Source: Chiloscyllium plagiosum
Taxonomy: Eukaryota
Reading direction: 5' to 3'
DNA: 47,722 nt
Assembly: GCF_004010195.1 (NCBI RefSeq)
Contig: NW_025214631.1
Span: 1-47,722 of the forward strand
Each line of letters begins with the position of its first letter. Within the stretch, counting starts at the first letter, position 1. Below are positions 24,347-36,175 of the stretch, piece after piece. Both the position numbers and the translations under genes were made by a program. The notes under the pieces were generated by a model. The model had not been told where the DNA came from. It searched no databases and saw only the letters and a list, made by a program, of their open reading frames with translations.

Positions 24347-25427
24347 AAAGCTGTTGTCAGAATGTATTGTGTCTTTGAGGGCAATTTCTTCTCTGTCCTC
24401 TGTTTTGGGGTTTGCTGTACTCGTACCTCCAAGTCCTTTCACCTGAATATTCTCTCACTGTGGACTATCGGTTTTCGTGCTCCCTGTGGTCAATGTATTG
24501 ACTTCTGATGTTATCCCCTGTGACCCATGGCAAAGGATAAATAAATCACATTAGTCAAAATGAAGAGGTCATGTCAATTGTTTCAGGACTGCAATAGCGG
24601 CCTTTTCTCAGAAAGTCCGATTATGTAAACACTCAAAGAATGCTGTGGTTAATTCAAAAGTTTATTTTTTGAAACATTGTCTTGAATACTTTTAAGGCAA
24701 TGCTAGGTCAATATTTGATAAACAACACAGTAAAAGGTTATCGGAGATATGCAGGAATGTGGAGAAATCAAAACTGCTCAAAGGACTGAACAAAGAATAG
24801 TACAGATGATGCCTTTTTAAAACTAAAAACCTTTATCCCTGCACGGTCCATATCCCTCTATTCCCTGCCTATTCGTTGTCTGTGTAAATGCCTCTTAAAC
24901 ATTGCTACTATATCTGCTTCTACCTCCTGCTTCCCTGGCAGCCTTTTCCAGGCACCTTTTTCAGTCTGTGTAAAAGACCTGTCTCAATATCTCCCTGAAA
25001 CTTTCCACTTCTCACCTTAAACCTAGGCCCACTAGTTTTTGACATTTCAACCCTGAGCAAAAGACTCCAACTATCCACCCAATTCATGCCTCTAATAATT
25101 TTATAAACTTCTATCTGGTAGCCCCTCAGCCACTGATCCTCAAGTGAAAACAATCCAGGTTTGTCCAACTACTCCTTATAGCTAAAGCTCTCCAATCTAG
25201 GCAACATCCTGGACAACATCTTACATCTTCTCCAAATTCTCCACAGCCTTTGGCACAAGAACTACACAAACTCCAACTGTGGCCTAACTAAATCTGCAAT
25301 ATGACTGGTTCACTTTTATAGTTAATGTTTTGACCAACGAAGGAAAATACGCTGTATGCCTTCTTTACCACCTTATCCACTTGTTACCACTTTCAGGAAG
25401 TTACAGACTTGGATTCCAAAATCCATC

Positions 25428-28400
25428 TCTTGGGGGGGGTTTAAACTAACTCTGCAGGGGCATGGGAACCCAGATTGTAGCTTCAGGGTGCAGGGCCTGG
25501 AGTGTAGGGAGGTTAGGAACATGGCATCAATTTCCAAGGAGGGTGCCTGTAAACAGGAAAGTGGCTTGAAGTGTGTATACTTCAATGCAAGAAGTATACG
25601 AAATAAGGTAGGTGAACTTGCAGCGTGGGTTGGTACCTGGGACTTCGATGTTGTGGCTATTACGGAGACATGGCTAGAACAGGGACAGGATTGCCTGTTG
25701 CAGGTTCCAGGGTTTAAATGTTTTAGTAGGGTCAGAGGGGGGGGTAAAAGAGGGGGAGGTGTGGCATTGCTTGTCAAAGATAGTAGTACAGTGGTGGAAA
25801 GGACGATGGATGAGGACTTGCCATCTGAGGTAGTTTGGGCTGAGGTTAGGAATAGGAAAGGTGAGCTCACCCTGTTAGGAGTTTTTTACAGGCCTCCTAA
25901 TAATCCTAGAATCATTGAAGAAAGGATAGGGAAGGTGATTCAGGAGATGAGTGACAGTAATAGGGTGGTTGTTATGGGGGACTTTAACTTACCTGATATT
26001 GATTGGGAAAGCTATAGCTCAAGTTCGTTAGATGGGACAGTGTTTGTTCAATGTGTGCAGGAGAGTTTCCTGACACAATATGTAGACAGGCCAACAAGAG
26101 GTGACGCCATACTGGATTTGGTTCTGGGTAACGAACCAGGCCAGGTGTTAGAATTAAAGGTAGGTGAGCACTTTGGGGATAGTGACCATAATTCGGTGAT
26201 TTTTACACTCGTGATGGAGAGGGATAAGTGTGTACTACAGGGCAAGAGTTATAGCTGGGGCCAGGGAAATTATGATGCGGTGAGGCATGACTTAGGATGT
26301 GTGGCTTGGAAAAGTAGACTCCAAGGCAAGAGTGTAAATGATATGTGGAACTTGTTCAAGGGGCAACTATTGAGTGTCCTTGATAATTATGTACCGGTCA
26401 GGCAGGTAGGAAAGGGTCGTGCGAGGGAGCCGTGGTTTAATAAGGAATTGGAATCCCTTGTTAAATGGAAGAGGGCGGCCTATCTCAAGATGAGACGTGA
26501 AGGTACAATTGGGGCGATTGAGAGTTATAGGGTAGCCAGGAAGGACCTGAAGAGAGAGCTAAAAGCAGCAAGGAGGGGACATGAAAGGTCCTTAGTAGAT
26601 AGGATTAGGGAAAACCCTAAGGCTTTCTATAGGTATGTTAGGAATAAAAGAATGACTAGGGTAGGAATAGGTCCAGTCAAGGACAGTAGTGGGAAGTTGC
26701 GTGTGGAGGCGGAAGAGATTGGGAGACACTGAATGAATACTTTTCTTCAGTATTCACTCAGGAACAGGGCATTGTTGTCGATGAGAATACTGAGGCACAA
26801 ATAAGTAGAATGGATGGCTTTGAGGTATGTAGAGAAGAGGTGTTGGAAATCCTGGAAAAGGTGAAAATAGATAAGTCCCCTGGGCCTGATGGCATTTATC
26901 CTAGGATTCTCTGGGAAGCAAGGGAGGAGATTGCAGAGCCATTGGCCTTGATTTTTATGTCCTCTTTGTCTACAGGAGTAGTCCCAGAAGACTGGAGGAT
27001 AGCAAATGTGGTTCCCTTGTTCAAAAAGGGGAGTAGGGATAGCCCTAGTAACTATAGGCCGGTGAGTCTCACTTCTGTTGTGGGCAAAGTCTTAGAGAGA
27101 ATTGTAAGGGATAGGATTTACGCACATCTGGATAGGAATAATGTGATCAAGGATAGTCAGCATGGTTTTGTGAAGGGCAAGTCGTGCCTCACAAACCTTA
27201 TTGAATTCTTTGAAAAGGTGACGAAGGAGGTTGATGAGGGGAAAGCGGTAGACGTGGTATATATGGATTTTAGTAAGGCGTTTGACAAGGTTCCCCATGG
27301 TAGGCTACTGCAGAAAATACGGAGATATGGCATTGAGGGTGAGTTGGAGGTTTGGATTAGGAATTGGCTGGATGGAAGAAGACAGAGGGTAGTAGTTGAT
27401 GGCAAAGTTTCTTCATGGAGTGCCGTCACTAGCGGTGTTCCGCAAGGATCTGTTTTGGGACCATTGCTGTTTGTCATTTTTATAAATGACCTGGAAGAGG
27501 AGTTAGAAGGTTGGGTGAGCAAGTTTGCGGATGACACAAAAGTCGGAGGAGTTGTTGACAGTGAGGAAGCATGTGGCAGGTTACAGCAGGATAAAGAGAA
27601 GCTGCAGAGCTGGGCAGAAAGGTGGCAGATGGAATACAATGTAGCTAAGTGCGAGGTGATTCACTTTGGGAAGAATAACAAAAAGATGGGGTACTGGGCT
27701 AATGGTCGGATACTTGGTAGTGTGGATGAGCAGAGGGATCTTGGTGTCCATGTACACAGATCTCTGAAAGTTGCCACCCAGGTAAATAGTGCGGTGAGGA
27801 AGGCATATGGCGTACTGGCTTTTATTGGTAGAGGAATTGAGTTCCGGAGCCCTGAGGTCATGATGCAGTTGTATAAGACTCTGGTACGGCCGCATCTGGA
27901 ATATTATGTGCAGTTTTGGTCGCCATACTATAGGAAGGAGGTGGAGGCACTGGAACGGGTGCAGAGGAGGTTTACCAGGATGTTGCCTGGTATGGAAGGA
28001 AAATCGTATGAGGAAAGACCGAGGCACTTGGGGCTGTTTTCACTAGAGAAAAGAAGGTTTACGGGTGACTTGATTGAGGTGTACAAGATGATTAGGGGGT
28101 TAGATAGGGTCAACAGTATGAACCTTTTCCCGCGTATTGAGTCGGGTATTACAAGGGGGCATAGCTTTAAATTAGGGGGGGGTAGATATAGGACTGAAGG
28201 TAGGGGTAGGTTCTTCACTCAGCGAGACGTTAGTNNNNNNNNNNNNNNNNNNNNNNNNNNNNNNNNNNNNNNNNNNNNNNNNNNNNNNNNNNNNNNNNNN
28301 NNNNNNNNNNNNNNNNNNNNNNNNNNNNNNNNNNNNNNNNNNNNNNNNNNNNGTTTTCATTAGAGAAAATAAGGTTTAGGGGTGACTTGATTGAGGTGTA

Positions 28401-28736
28401 CAAGATGATTAGGGGGTTAGATAGGGTCGACAGTATGAACCTTTTCCCGCGTATTGAGTCGGGTATTACAAGGGGGCATAGCTTTAAATTAAGGGGGGTA
28501 GATATTGGACTGAAGTTAGGGGTAGGTTCTTCAGTCAGCGAGTCGTAAGTTCATGGAATGCCCTGCCAGTAGCAGTGGTGGACTCTCCCTCTTTATGGGC
28601 ATTTAAGCGGGCATTGGATAGGTATATGGAGGATAGTGGGTTAGTATAGGTTAGGTGGGCTTGGATCGGCGCAACATCGAGGGCCAAAGGGCCTGTACTG
28701 CGCTGTATTCTTCTATGTTCTATGTTCTATGTTCTA
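25428..28736 (+). mobile_element. Young CR1-type LINE with near-complete ORF2 (APE endonuclease and RT)
   Basis: Endonuclease motifs YFNARSI, ITETW, FYRPP, MGDFN, LDLVL, SDH; RT motifs [28 protein letters not shown]; one frameshift near 26721; (TGTTCTA)n tail. Confidence 0.97.
28235..28352. other. Assembly gap (118 N)
   Basis: Run of N. Confidence 1.
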
Positions 28737-30256
28737 TCTCGAAACCAATGCTCCTAAGGTTCCTGTCACTTACTGGATTCTTTTCTCTTCAATTTGACTT
28801 CTCAACATATTTCATTTCACACGTGCCCAGCTTGAACTCTATATGCCATTTCTCCACCCAACTTTCTAACTGATCTATATCCTAACTCCAATGATTTTTA
28901 TATCAGGTTTATTAATCAGGTTTCCTAGATTTACATTCAAATCATTTATATTACAAAGCAACAGAGATCCCAGAACTGATCTTTGTGGAATACCACAGGT
29001 CACATATTCCAATCAGAAAAACATCCCTCCACAACTACCCTCTGTCTTCTATGACCAAATTAATTTTGTACCTATCTTTCTGATATACCTTGGATTGCAT
29101 ATGATTTTATCTTCTGGACCAGTCTACCATGGAATGCTTTAGTAAAGTCCATGTAGACAATGTTCACATACCTATCCTCATCAATCACCTTTCTCAAAAC
29201 TTCAGTCAAGTATGTGAGATAAGAATTCCCCTGCATAAAGCATTACTGATATTCTGAATAAGTCTATTCTTCTCCAAATGCAAGTAAATCCTGTCCCTAA
29301 GAATCTTCTCCAATAATTTCTCTACCAGTGACGTAAGGCTCACTGACCTATAATTTCCTGGATTATCCCTATTACCCTTCTTGAACAAAGGAACAACGTT
29401 GGCTATTCTGCAGTCTTCTGGGATCTCACCTGAGGCAAGTGGACATAAAGATCTCAGTAGCTTCTTCTCTTGTCTGTCTCAGTATCCTGGGATAGATCCC
29501 ATTAGGACCTGGGGACTTATATACCTTAAATGTTTTTCAAGACATCCAACGCGTCTTCCTTCTTATTATTGACATGCTCTGGAATATCAACATATTCCTT
29601 CCTAATCTTACAATCATCTATGTCCCACTTGATGAATACCAATACAAAGTACTCACTAATGACTTCACTCACTTGTTTTAGCTCCATACATAATTTTTCT
29701 CCTTTACTCTTAAATAGACCTCCCTTTCCCTCGCTACCCTCTTGCTCCTAATAAATGTATACAATGCTTAATTTTAATCCTACTTTTCAAGGACGTCTTG
29801 TAGCCCTAGTTAGTTCTACTAATTCCTTGTTTGCATTCTTTCCTGCTTTTTTTGTATTCATCAAGTGCATTGTCTGATTTCAGTTTCTTGAACCTTATGT
29901 ATGTTTCATCTTTTTAACTCACCTTTCAATATCTTTTGTTATCCAGGGTTCCCTTATCTTCCTCATCTTTCACTCTCAGAAACATGCTGATCCTAAACAC
30001 TGATTAATTACTGACTAACTAAAGACTCACACGTGTCAGATGTAGATCATCAAACATAGAACATTACAGAGCAGTACAGGCCCTTCGACCCTCAATGTTG
30101 CACTGACCTGTGGAACCAATTTGAAGCCTATCCAACCTACACTATTCCATTTTAATCCATATGTTTATCCAATGACCATTTAAATGCCCTTAAAGTTGGC
30201 GAGTCTACTATTGTTGCAGGCAGGGCATTCCATGCCCCTACTATTCTCTGAGTAAA

Positions 30257-30675
30257 GATTAGATTAGATTCTCTACAGTGTCGAAATAGGCCATTTGGCC
30301 CAACAAGTCAATACCAACCCTCTGAAGAGTGACCCACCTCCCTACATTTACATTCCTTACATTCTTCTTGAAGGGCCTATGCTGAAAACATCGATTCTCC
30401 TGTTCCTCAGATGCTACCTGACCTGCTGTGCTTTTCTCAACTCCCTACATTTACCCCTGACTAAAGCACCTAATACTAGGCCAATTTAGCATGGCCAAAT
30501 CACCTGACCTGCACATCTTTGGATTGTGGGGTGAAACCGGAGCATCCAGAGGAAACCCAGGCAGACTCGGGGAGAATGCGCAAACCACACAGACAGTCAC
30601 CTGAGATGGGAATCGAACCTAGGTGCCTGGTGCTGTGAGGCAGCAGTGCTAACCATTGAGCCACTGTGCTGCCCC
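30257..30675 (-). mobile_element. HE1-like SINE containing a family A insertion
   Basis: (GATTA)n tail at 30257; head complement gctgtgaggcagcagtgctaacca..gctgcccc. Confidence 0.88.
30352..30440 (+). mobile_element. Degraded family A PLE repeat
   Basis: 14-bp direct repeat ctccctacatttac at 30338-30351 and 30441-30454. Confidence 0.8.
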
Positions 30676-30717
30676 GAAAAGAAACTACCTCTGATATCTG
30701 TCCTATATCTATCACCT

Positions 30718-32082
30718 GAAAATGTGTTGCTGAAAAAGCGCAGCAGGTCAGGCAGCATCCAAGGAGCTGGACCAGTATTGGAATTGGTCCTCCTGGGAGC
30801 AGATGCGGCAGAGATGAAAGAATTGGGAATATGGGATGGCGTTTTTACAGGGGGCAGGGTGGGAGGAGGTGTAGTCTAGGTAGCTGTGGGAGTCGGTCGG
30901 TTTATAGTAAATGTCCGTGTTGATTTGGTCGCCCGAGATAGAAATGGAGAGGTGTAGGAAGGGAAGGGAGGAGTCTGAGACGGTCCAAGTAAATTTGAGG
31001 TCGGGGTGGAAGGTGTTGGTAAAGTGGATGAACTGTTCAACCTCCTCAGACGAAGGAATTGGGAATATGGGATGGCGTTTTTACAGGGGGCAGGGTGGGA
31101 GGAGGTGTAGTGACGAAGGAATTGGGAATATGGGAGACGAAGGAATTGGGAATATGGGAATATGGCCTCCTTCTTCAAAGACCAATACCGAACAACCCAG
31201 ATGGCCTCCTTCTTCAAAGACCGCAATTTCCCCCCAGACATGATCGATGATGCTCTCCACCGTATCTCCTCCACTTCCTGCTCCTCTGCCCTTTAGCCCC
31301 AACCCTCCAATCACCACCAGGACAGAACCCCACTGGTCCNNNNNNNNNNNNNNNNNNNNNNNNNNNNNNNNNNNNNNNNNNNNNNNNNNNNNNNNNNNNN
31401 NNNNNNNNNNNNNNNNNNNNNNNNNNNNNNNNNNNNNNNNNNNNNNNNNNNNNNNNNNNNNNNNNNNNNNNNNNNNNNNNNNNNNNNNNNNNNNNNNNNN
31501 NNNNNNNNNNNNNNNNNNNNNNNNNNNNNNNNNNNNNNNNNNNNNNNNNNNNNNNNNNNNNNNNNNNNNNNNNNNNNNNNNNNNNNNNNNNNNNNNNNNN
31601 NNNNNNNNNNNNNNNNNNNNNNNNNNNNNNNNNNNNNNNNNNNNNNNNNNNNNNNNNNNNNNNNNNNNNNNNNNNNNNNNNNNNNNNNNNNNNNNNNNNN
31701 NNNNNNNNNNNNNNNNNNNNNNNNNNNNNNNNNNNNNNNNNNNNNNNNNNNNNNNNNNNNNNNNNNNNNNNNNNNNNNNNNNNNNNNNNNNNNNNNNNNN
31801 NNNNNNNNNNNNNNNNNNNNNNNNNNNNNNNNNNNNNNNNNNNNNNNNNNNNNNNNNNNNNCACCTTAACCTCCTTCCACCTATCGTATTCCCAACGCCC
31901 CTCCCCCAAGTCCCTCCTCCCTACCTTTTATCTTAGCCTGCTTGGCACACCCTCCTCATTCCTGAAGAAGGGCTCATGCCCGAAATGTCGATTCTCCTGC
32001 TCCTTGGATGCTGCCTGACCTGCTGCGTTTTCCAGCAACACATTTTCAGCTCTGATCTCCAACATCTGCAGTCCTCACTTTC
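30718..32082. mobile_element. 5'-truncated, partly inverted Penelope-like element
   Basis: Minus 30770-31045 translates to FTNTFHPDLKFTW..PFLHL..IYYKPTDSHSYLDYTSSHPAPCKNAIPYSQF (PLE RT/thumb); plus-strand continuation MASFFKDRNFP; terminal repeat with hammerhead at 31962; 17-bp duplication tcctatatctatcacct at 30701-30717 and 32083-32099. Confidence 0.9.
31340..31861. other. Assembly gap (522 N)
   Basis: Run of N. Confidence 1.
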
Positions 32083-32159
32083 TCCTATATCTATCACCTC
32101 TCAACTTAAAGCTATGCCCCCTCATGCCAACAATCACCATCCAAGGAAAACAGCTGCCC

Positions 32160-33090
32160 ACAATCTAATTTCTCCAGTTCCTGCTTCATACTTGTGTGCT
32201 TAGCCTTTTCCCAAGTTAGCATTTTCACCTGAGGACCAGTCTTATCATTATCCATAACTATCCTAAAGCTATGGTCATTGTTCCCACCGCCACTTTAACT
32301 TAGATCATCTGGCCAGGTTCATTCCACAACACAATGTCTAACATGGTCACTTCCCAAGTTTAGCTATCAACATACTCTTTCAAGAAACCTTCATGAACCA
32401 ACTAATTCTGCCCCATCTAAGTCCCTGGCACTAAGGGAGTCCCAGTCAATATTGAGGAAGTTAAAATCACCCACTATAACAACTCTGCTGTTTTACATCT
32501 TTCCATGATCTGCTGACATATCTGTTCCTGTATCTACTGCTGGATATTTGGAGGCCAATAGTATAACACCATCAGAGTGATTACACGTTTCTTATTCCTA
32601 AATTCCAGTCTTATGACCTCACTGGACAAATCATCCAAGGTGTCCTGTGTTTCTACAAATGTAATATTCTCCTTAATCATTAATGCAACTCCCTCACACC
32701 TTTCCATCCCTCGCTATCATGCCTGAAATATCTAAACCCTGGAATGTTGAGCTACCAGTCCTGCCCTTCTCCCAAACAGGTTTTTGTGATGGCTCCCACA
32801 TCATAGTTCCGTATGTTAATCCAGGCTCTAGTTTAAATATTCCCGAGTAGCACCAGCAAACATCACTGATGGTTTAGATACAACATGTCCTTCTTGTACA
32901 GGTCCCTCCTGCCCTGGAAGAGATCCCAATGATCCACATAGCTGAAGCCCTTCCTCCAACATCAGCTCTTTAGCCACACATGCAACTGTGTTATCTTACT
33001 ATTTCTGCCTCACTTTCACATGGCATACGGGCAACCCTGAGAGTATAACAACAGAGTTTCTGATTTTCAACTTTCTCCGTACCTCCCTGA
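32160..33090 (-). mobile_element. Old CR1-type LINE 5' portion (ORF1 end and endonuclease)
   Basis: Complement of gtgggtgattttaacttcctcaatattgactggga (GDFNFxxIDW) and gggacctgtacaagaaggac. Confidence 0.75.
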
Positions 33091-33617
33091 ATTCATAGAA
33101 TTCCTCCAATGTGGAAGACTGCCATTCAGCAGGTGGATTTTTCGAGTCCACACCAACCTTCCAAAGATCATCCCAACCAGACCCAACCCCATCCATATAA
33201 TGCCACATTTCCCATGGCTAATCCACCTAATCTGCACATCCCTGGACTCAATAGGCAATTTAGCATGGCCAATCCACCTAACCTGCATGTCTTTGGACTG
33301 TGGGAGTCAAAAGGTGTGGTGCTGGAAAAGCAGTGTCTGAGGAGCAGGAGAATCAATGTTTCGGGCATAAGCCCTACATCAGACATTCCTGATGAAGGGT
33401 TTATGCCCAAAACGTCAACTCTCCTGCTCCTTGGATACTGCCTGACCAGCTGTGCTTTTCCAGTGCCACACTTTTCGGCTCTGACTGTCCAGCATCAGCA
33501 GTCCTCACTTTCGCAGACGTGGGAGAAAAGACACAGACAGTCACCTAAGGCTGGAATTAAACTCAGGTCCCTGGTGCTGTGAGGCAGCAGTGCTAACCAC
33601 TGAGCGACTGTGCCACC
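33090..33617 (-). mobile_element. HE1-like SINE interrupted by an inverted family A pair (~33308-33512)
   Basis: SINE head complement at 33570-33617; body gcaatttagcatggccaatccacctaacctgca; insert centred near 33385. Confidence 0.85.
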
Positions 33618-33706
33618 TAGAAGCTCCCTTTGCAGAATCTCATTTCTCTTCCTGCATGTATCATTAGCTTTATCAAGATTCAATTCCATTTGCTACTGTC
33701 CAAACT

Positions 33707-33832
33707 AGGAGAAAGTGTGGACTGCAGATGCTGGAGATCAGAGCTGAAGAAGGGCTTATGCCCGAAACATCGATTCTCCTGCACCTTGGATGCTGCCTGA
33801 CCTGCTGCGCTTTTCCAGCAACACATTTTTCA
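33707..33832. mobile_element. Family A PLE repeat with inverted 5' segment and hammerhead motif
   Basis: CTGAAGA(33744)-A-GGGC-ttat-GCCC-GAAACatc; 15-bp duplication gctactgtccaaact at 33692-33706 and 33833-33847. Confidence 0.88.
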
Positions 33833-33974
33833 GCTACTGTCCAAACTGTCTAAATCTTTTGGTTAATCTAAGGTTATCTATGTGACAATTTACTGCCTCT
33901 CTAATGTTTGTATCATCTGTGAACATACTGATCAATCCTCCTCCATTCAATCTAAACCAGTTACACAAATCACC

Positions 33975-34085
33975 ATCAGTTCTGACAAAGGGTCACTGGA
34001 CCTGGAACAGTAACTTTGTTTGTCTCTCTATAGATGCTGCTACACCTACTGACTTTCTGCAGCAGTTTCTTCTTTTGTTTAGAAT
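33975..34085 (+). mobile_element. Degraded family B PLE repeat
   Basis: ttctgacaaagggtcactggacctggaacagtaac..agatgctgct. Confidence 0.6.
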
Positions 34086-34319
34086 CACCCTTTATTTTCC
34101 CCACCATTATCCTTCCATGCTCCTATTTTGCTCTCCTAATTTCCTTTTTAAGATTTCTCCCTTGCACATTCTGTAATCCTCTAGGGCTTCAGTCCTTTTC
34201 AGTCCTTTGTTTCTGTCATAAATCTCCCTTCTTTTCTCTTTATCCAGTTTTGTGTATTCTTAAACATCCAGGCTTTGATGGATTTATTGGGCACACTCTA
34301 TTTTTATGGGAATATGTTA

Positions 34320-35910
34320 TCATAGTCATAGAGATGTACAGCACAGAAACAGACCCTTTGGTCCAACTTGTCCATGCTAATCAGATATCCTAACCTAATC
34401 TAGTCCCATTTGGCAGCACTTGCCCATATCCCTGTAAAGGAAGAAATGGGTACTGCAGATGCTGAAGATTAGAGTCAAGATTAGAGTGGTGCTGGAAAAG
34501 CACAGCAGGTCAGGCATGAACCGAGGAGCAGGAAAATCGATGTTTCGGGCAAAAGCAATTCATCAAGAATAAGGATGGATACATGCAAGTCCTGGGCCTC
34601 CTCCACCACCACTCCCTCACCACCCAATGCCTGGACGAAGAATGCTTCATCTTCCGCCTCGGTATCCTTCAACCCCATGACATCAATGTGAACTTCACCA
34701 GTTTCCTCATTTCCCCTCCCCCCACTTTACCCCAGTTCCAACCTTCCAGCTCAGCACTGTCCTCATGACCTGCCCCACCTTTCAATCTTTCATCCCACCT
34801 ATCCGCCCACTCTCCTCTCTGACCTATCATCTCACACCACCTCCATCCAACTGTTGCATTCTCAGCTACCTTTCTCCCCCCAGCCCCTTCCCATTTATCT
34901 TTCCATCCCCTGAGGCTCCCAGCCTCATTCCTGATCAAGGGCTTTTTGCCCGAAACATTGATTTTCCTGCTCCTTGGATGCTGCCTGATGTGCTGTGTTT
35001 TTCCAGCACCACTCTAATTTTGATTCATATCCCTGTAAACCCTTCCTATTCATATACCCATCCAGATGCCTACTAAATGCTGTAATTGTACCAGCCTCCA
35101 CCACTTCCTCTGGCAAGGCATTCCATACACACACCACCCTCTGAGTGAAATATTTGCCCCTTAGGTCCCTTTTATATTTTTCTCCACTTACCTTAAACCT
35201 ACACGCTCTAGTTCTGGACTCCCCCTCCCAAGGGAAAAGACCTTGTCTATTTATCCTATCCATGCCCCTCATGATTTTATAAACCTCCTATGCTCCAGGG
35301 AAAACAGCCCCAGCCTATTTAGCCTCTCCCTATGGCTTAAGTCCTCCAACCTTGGCAACATTCTTGTAAATCTTTTCTGAACCCTTTCAAGTTTCACAAC
35401 ATCTTTCCAACCTGCAACTGTATTTTCAAGGAACTATGTACCTGCACTCAAAGGTCTCTTTGTTCAGAACACTCCCTAGGACCTTACCATTAAGTGTGTA
35501 AGTCCTGCTCTGATTTGCTTTTCCAAAATGCAACACCTCACATTTCTCTAAATTAAACTCCATCTGTCATTCCTCAGCCCATTGGCCCACTTGAACAAGA
35601 TCCTGTTGTACCCTGAGGTAACCTTCTTCGCTATCCACTGCACCTCAAATTTTGGTGTCATCTGCAAACTTACAGACTATACCTCCTATGTTCACATCCA
35701 AATCATTCAAATAAATGACGAAAAGCAGTGGACCCAGCACTTTTCCTTGTGGCACTCCATCGGTCACAGGCCTCCGGTCTGAAAAGCAACCCTCACCAAT
35801 CCCTGTCTTCAACTTTTAAGCCAGATCTGTATCAAATGGCTAGTTCTCCCTTTATTCCATGAGATCTAACCTTGCTAACTAGTCTCCCATGAGGAACCTT
35901 GTTGAACACC
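34320..35910 (-). mobile_element. CR1-type LINE 3' portion split by a PLE insertion
   Basis: Minus translation FTQRVVCVWNALPEEVVEAG; (TATGAC)n-type tail at 34320. Confidence 0.85.
34439..35025 (+). mobile_element. PLE 3' fragment (GIY-YIG endonuclease C-terminus and terminal repeat) with an inverted repeat at its 5' end
   Basis: 34583 translates MQVLGLLH..LDEECFIFRLGILQPHDINVNF; 14-bp duplication catatccctgtaaa at 34425-34438 and 35026-35039. Confidence 0.88.
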
Positions 35911-35961
35911 TACTGATTTCCTTCTTGAATGTATCTCACTGCTCTGACACAGCTTTACCTT

Positions 35962-36175
35962 GATGTGGAGGTGTCGGTATTGGGCTGGGGTGGATAAAGT
36001 CAGATGTCACACAGCACCAGGTTATAGTCCAACAGGTTTACTTGGAATCACAAGCTTTCAGAATGCTGCTTCTTCGTCAGGTGAAGTCACTTCAGCTGAC
36101 AAAGGAACACACTCTGAAAGCTTGTGATTTAAAATAAACCCGTTGGATTATAACCTGATGTCATGTGACTTCTGA
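35962..36175. mobile_element. Family C PLE repeat, palindromic inverted pair with hammerhead motifs
   Basis: Arms of about 85 bp centred near 36088; minus strand reads TCAC-CTGACGA-AGAAgcagcaTTCT-GAAAGCTT-GTGA. Confidence 0.8.
36048..36084 (-). ncRNA. Minimal hammerhead ribozyme motif (family C)
   Basis: Helix I UCAC/GUGA, core CUGACGA and GAAA, helix II AGAA/UUCU, palindromic AGCU, UU cleavage site. Confidence 0.65.

Larger units (their letters stand above)
24790..30050 (-). mobile_element. Older CR1-type LINE split by the young plus-strand LINE
   Basis: Minus-strand 3' part at 24790-25427 (GLFSLE..EVYKIIRG) continues at 28737-30050 (FKKGNRDNPGNYRSVSLTS). Confidence 0.8.
30053..30717 (-). 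mobile_element. LINE 3' fragment hosting a nested SINE; resumes after the PLE at ~32083-32150
   Basis: aacatagaacattacagagcagtacaggccc..ctctgagtaaag | SINE | aaagaaactacctctga. Confidence 0.85.

Noticed and set aside
31214..31936. ORFs of about 230 aa
   Set aside because: Artefacts of translating through the N gap.
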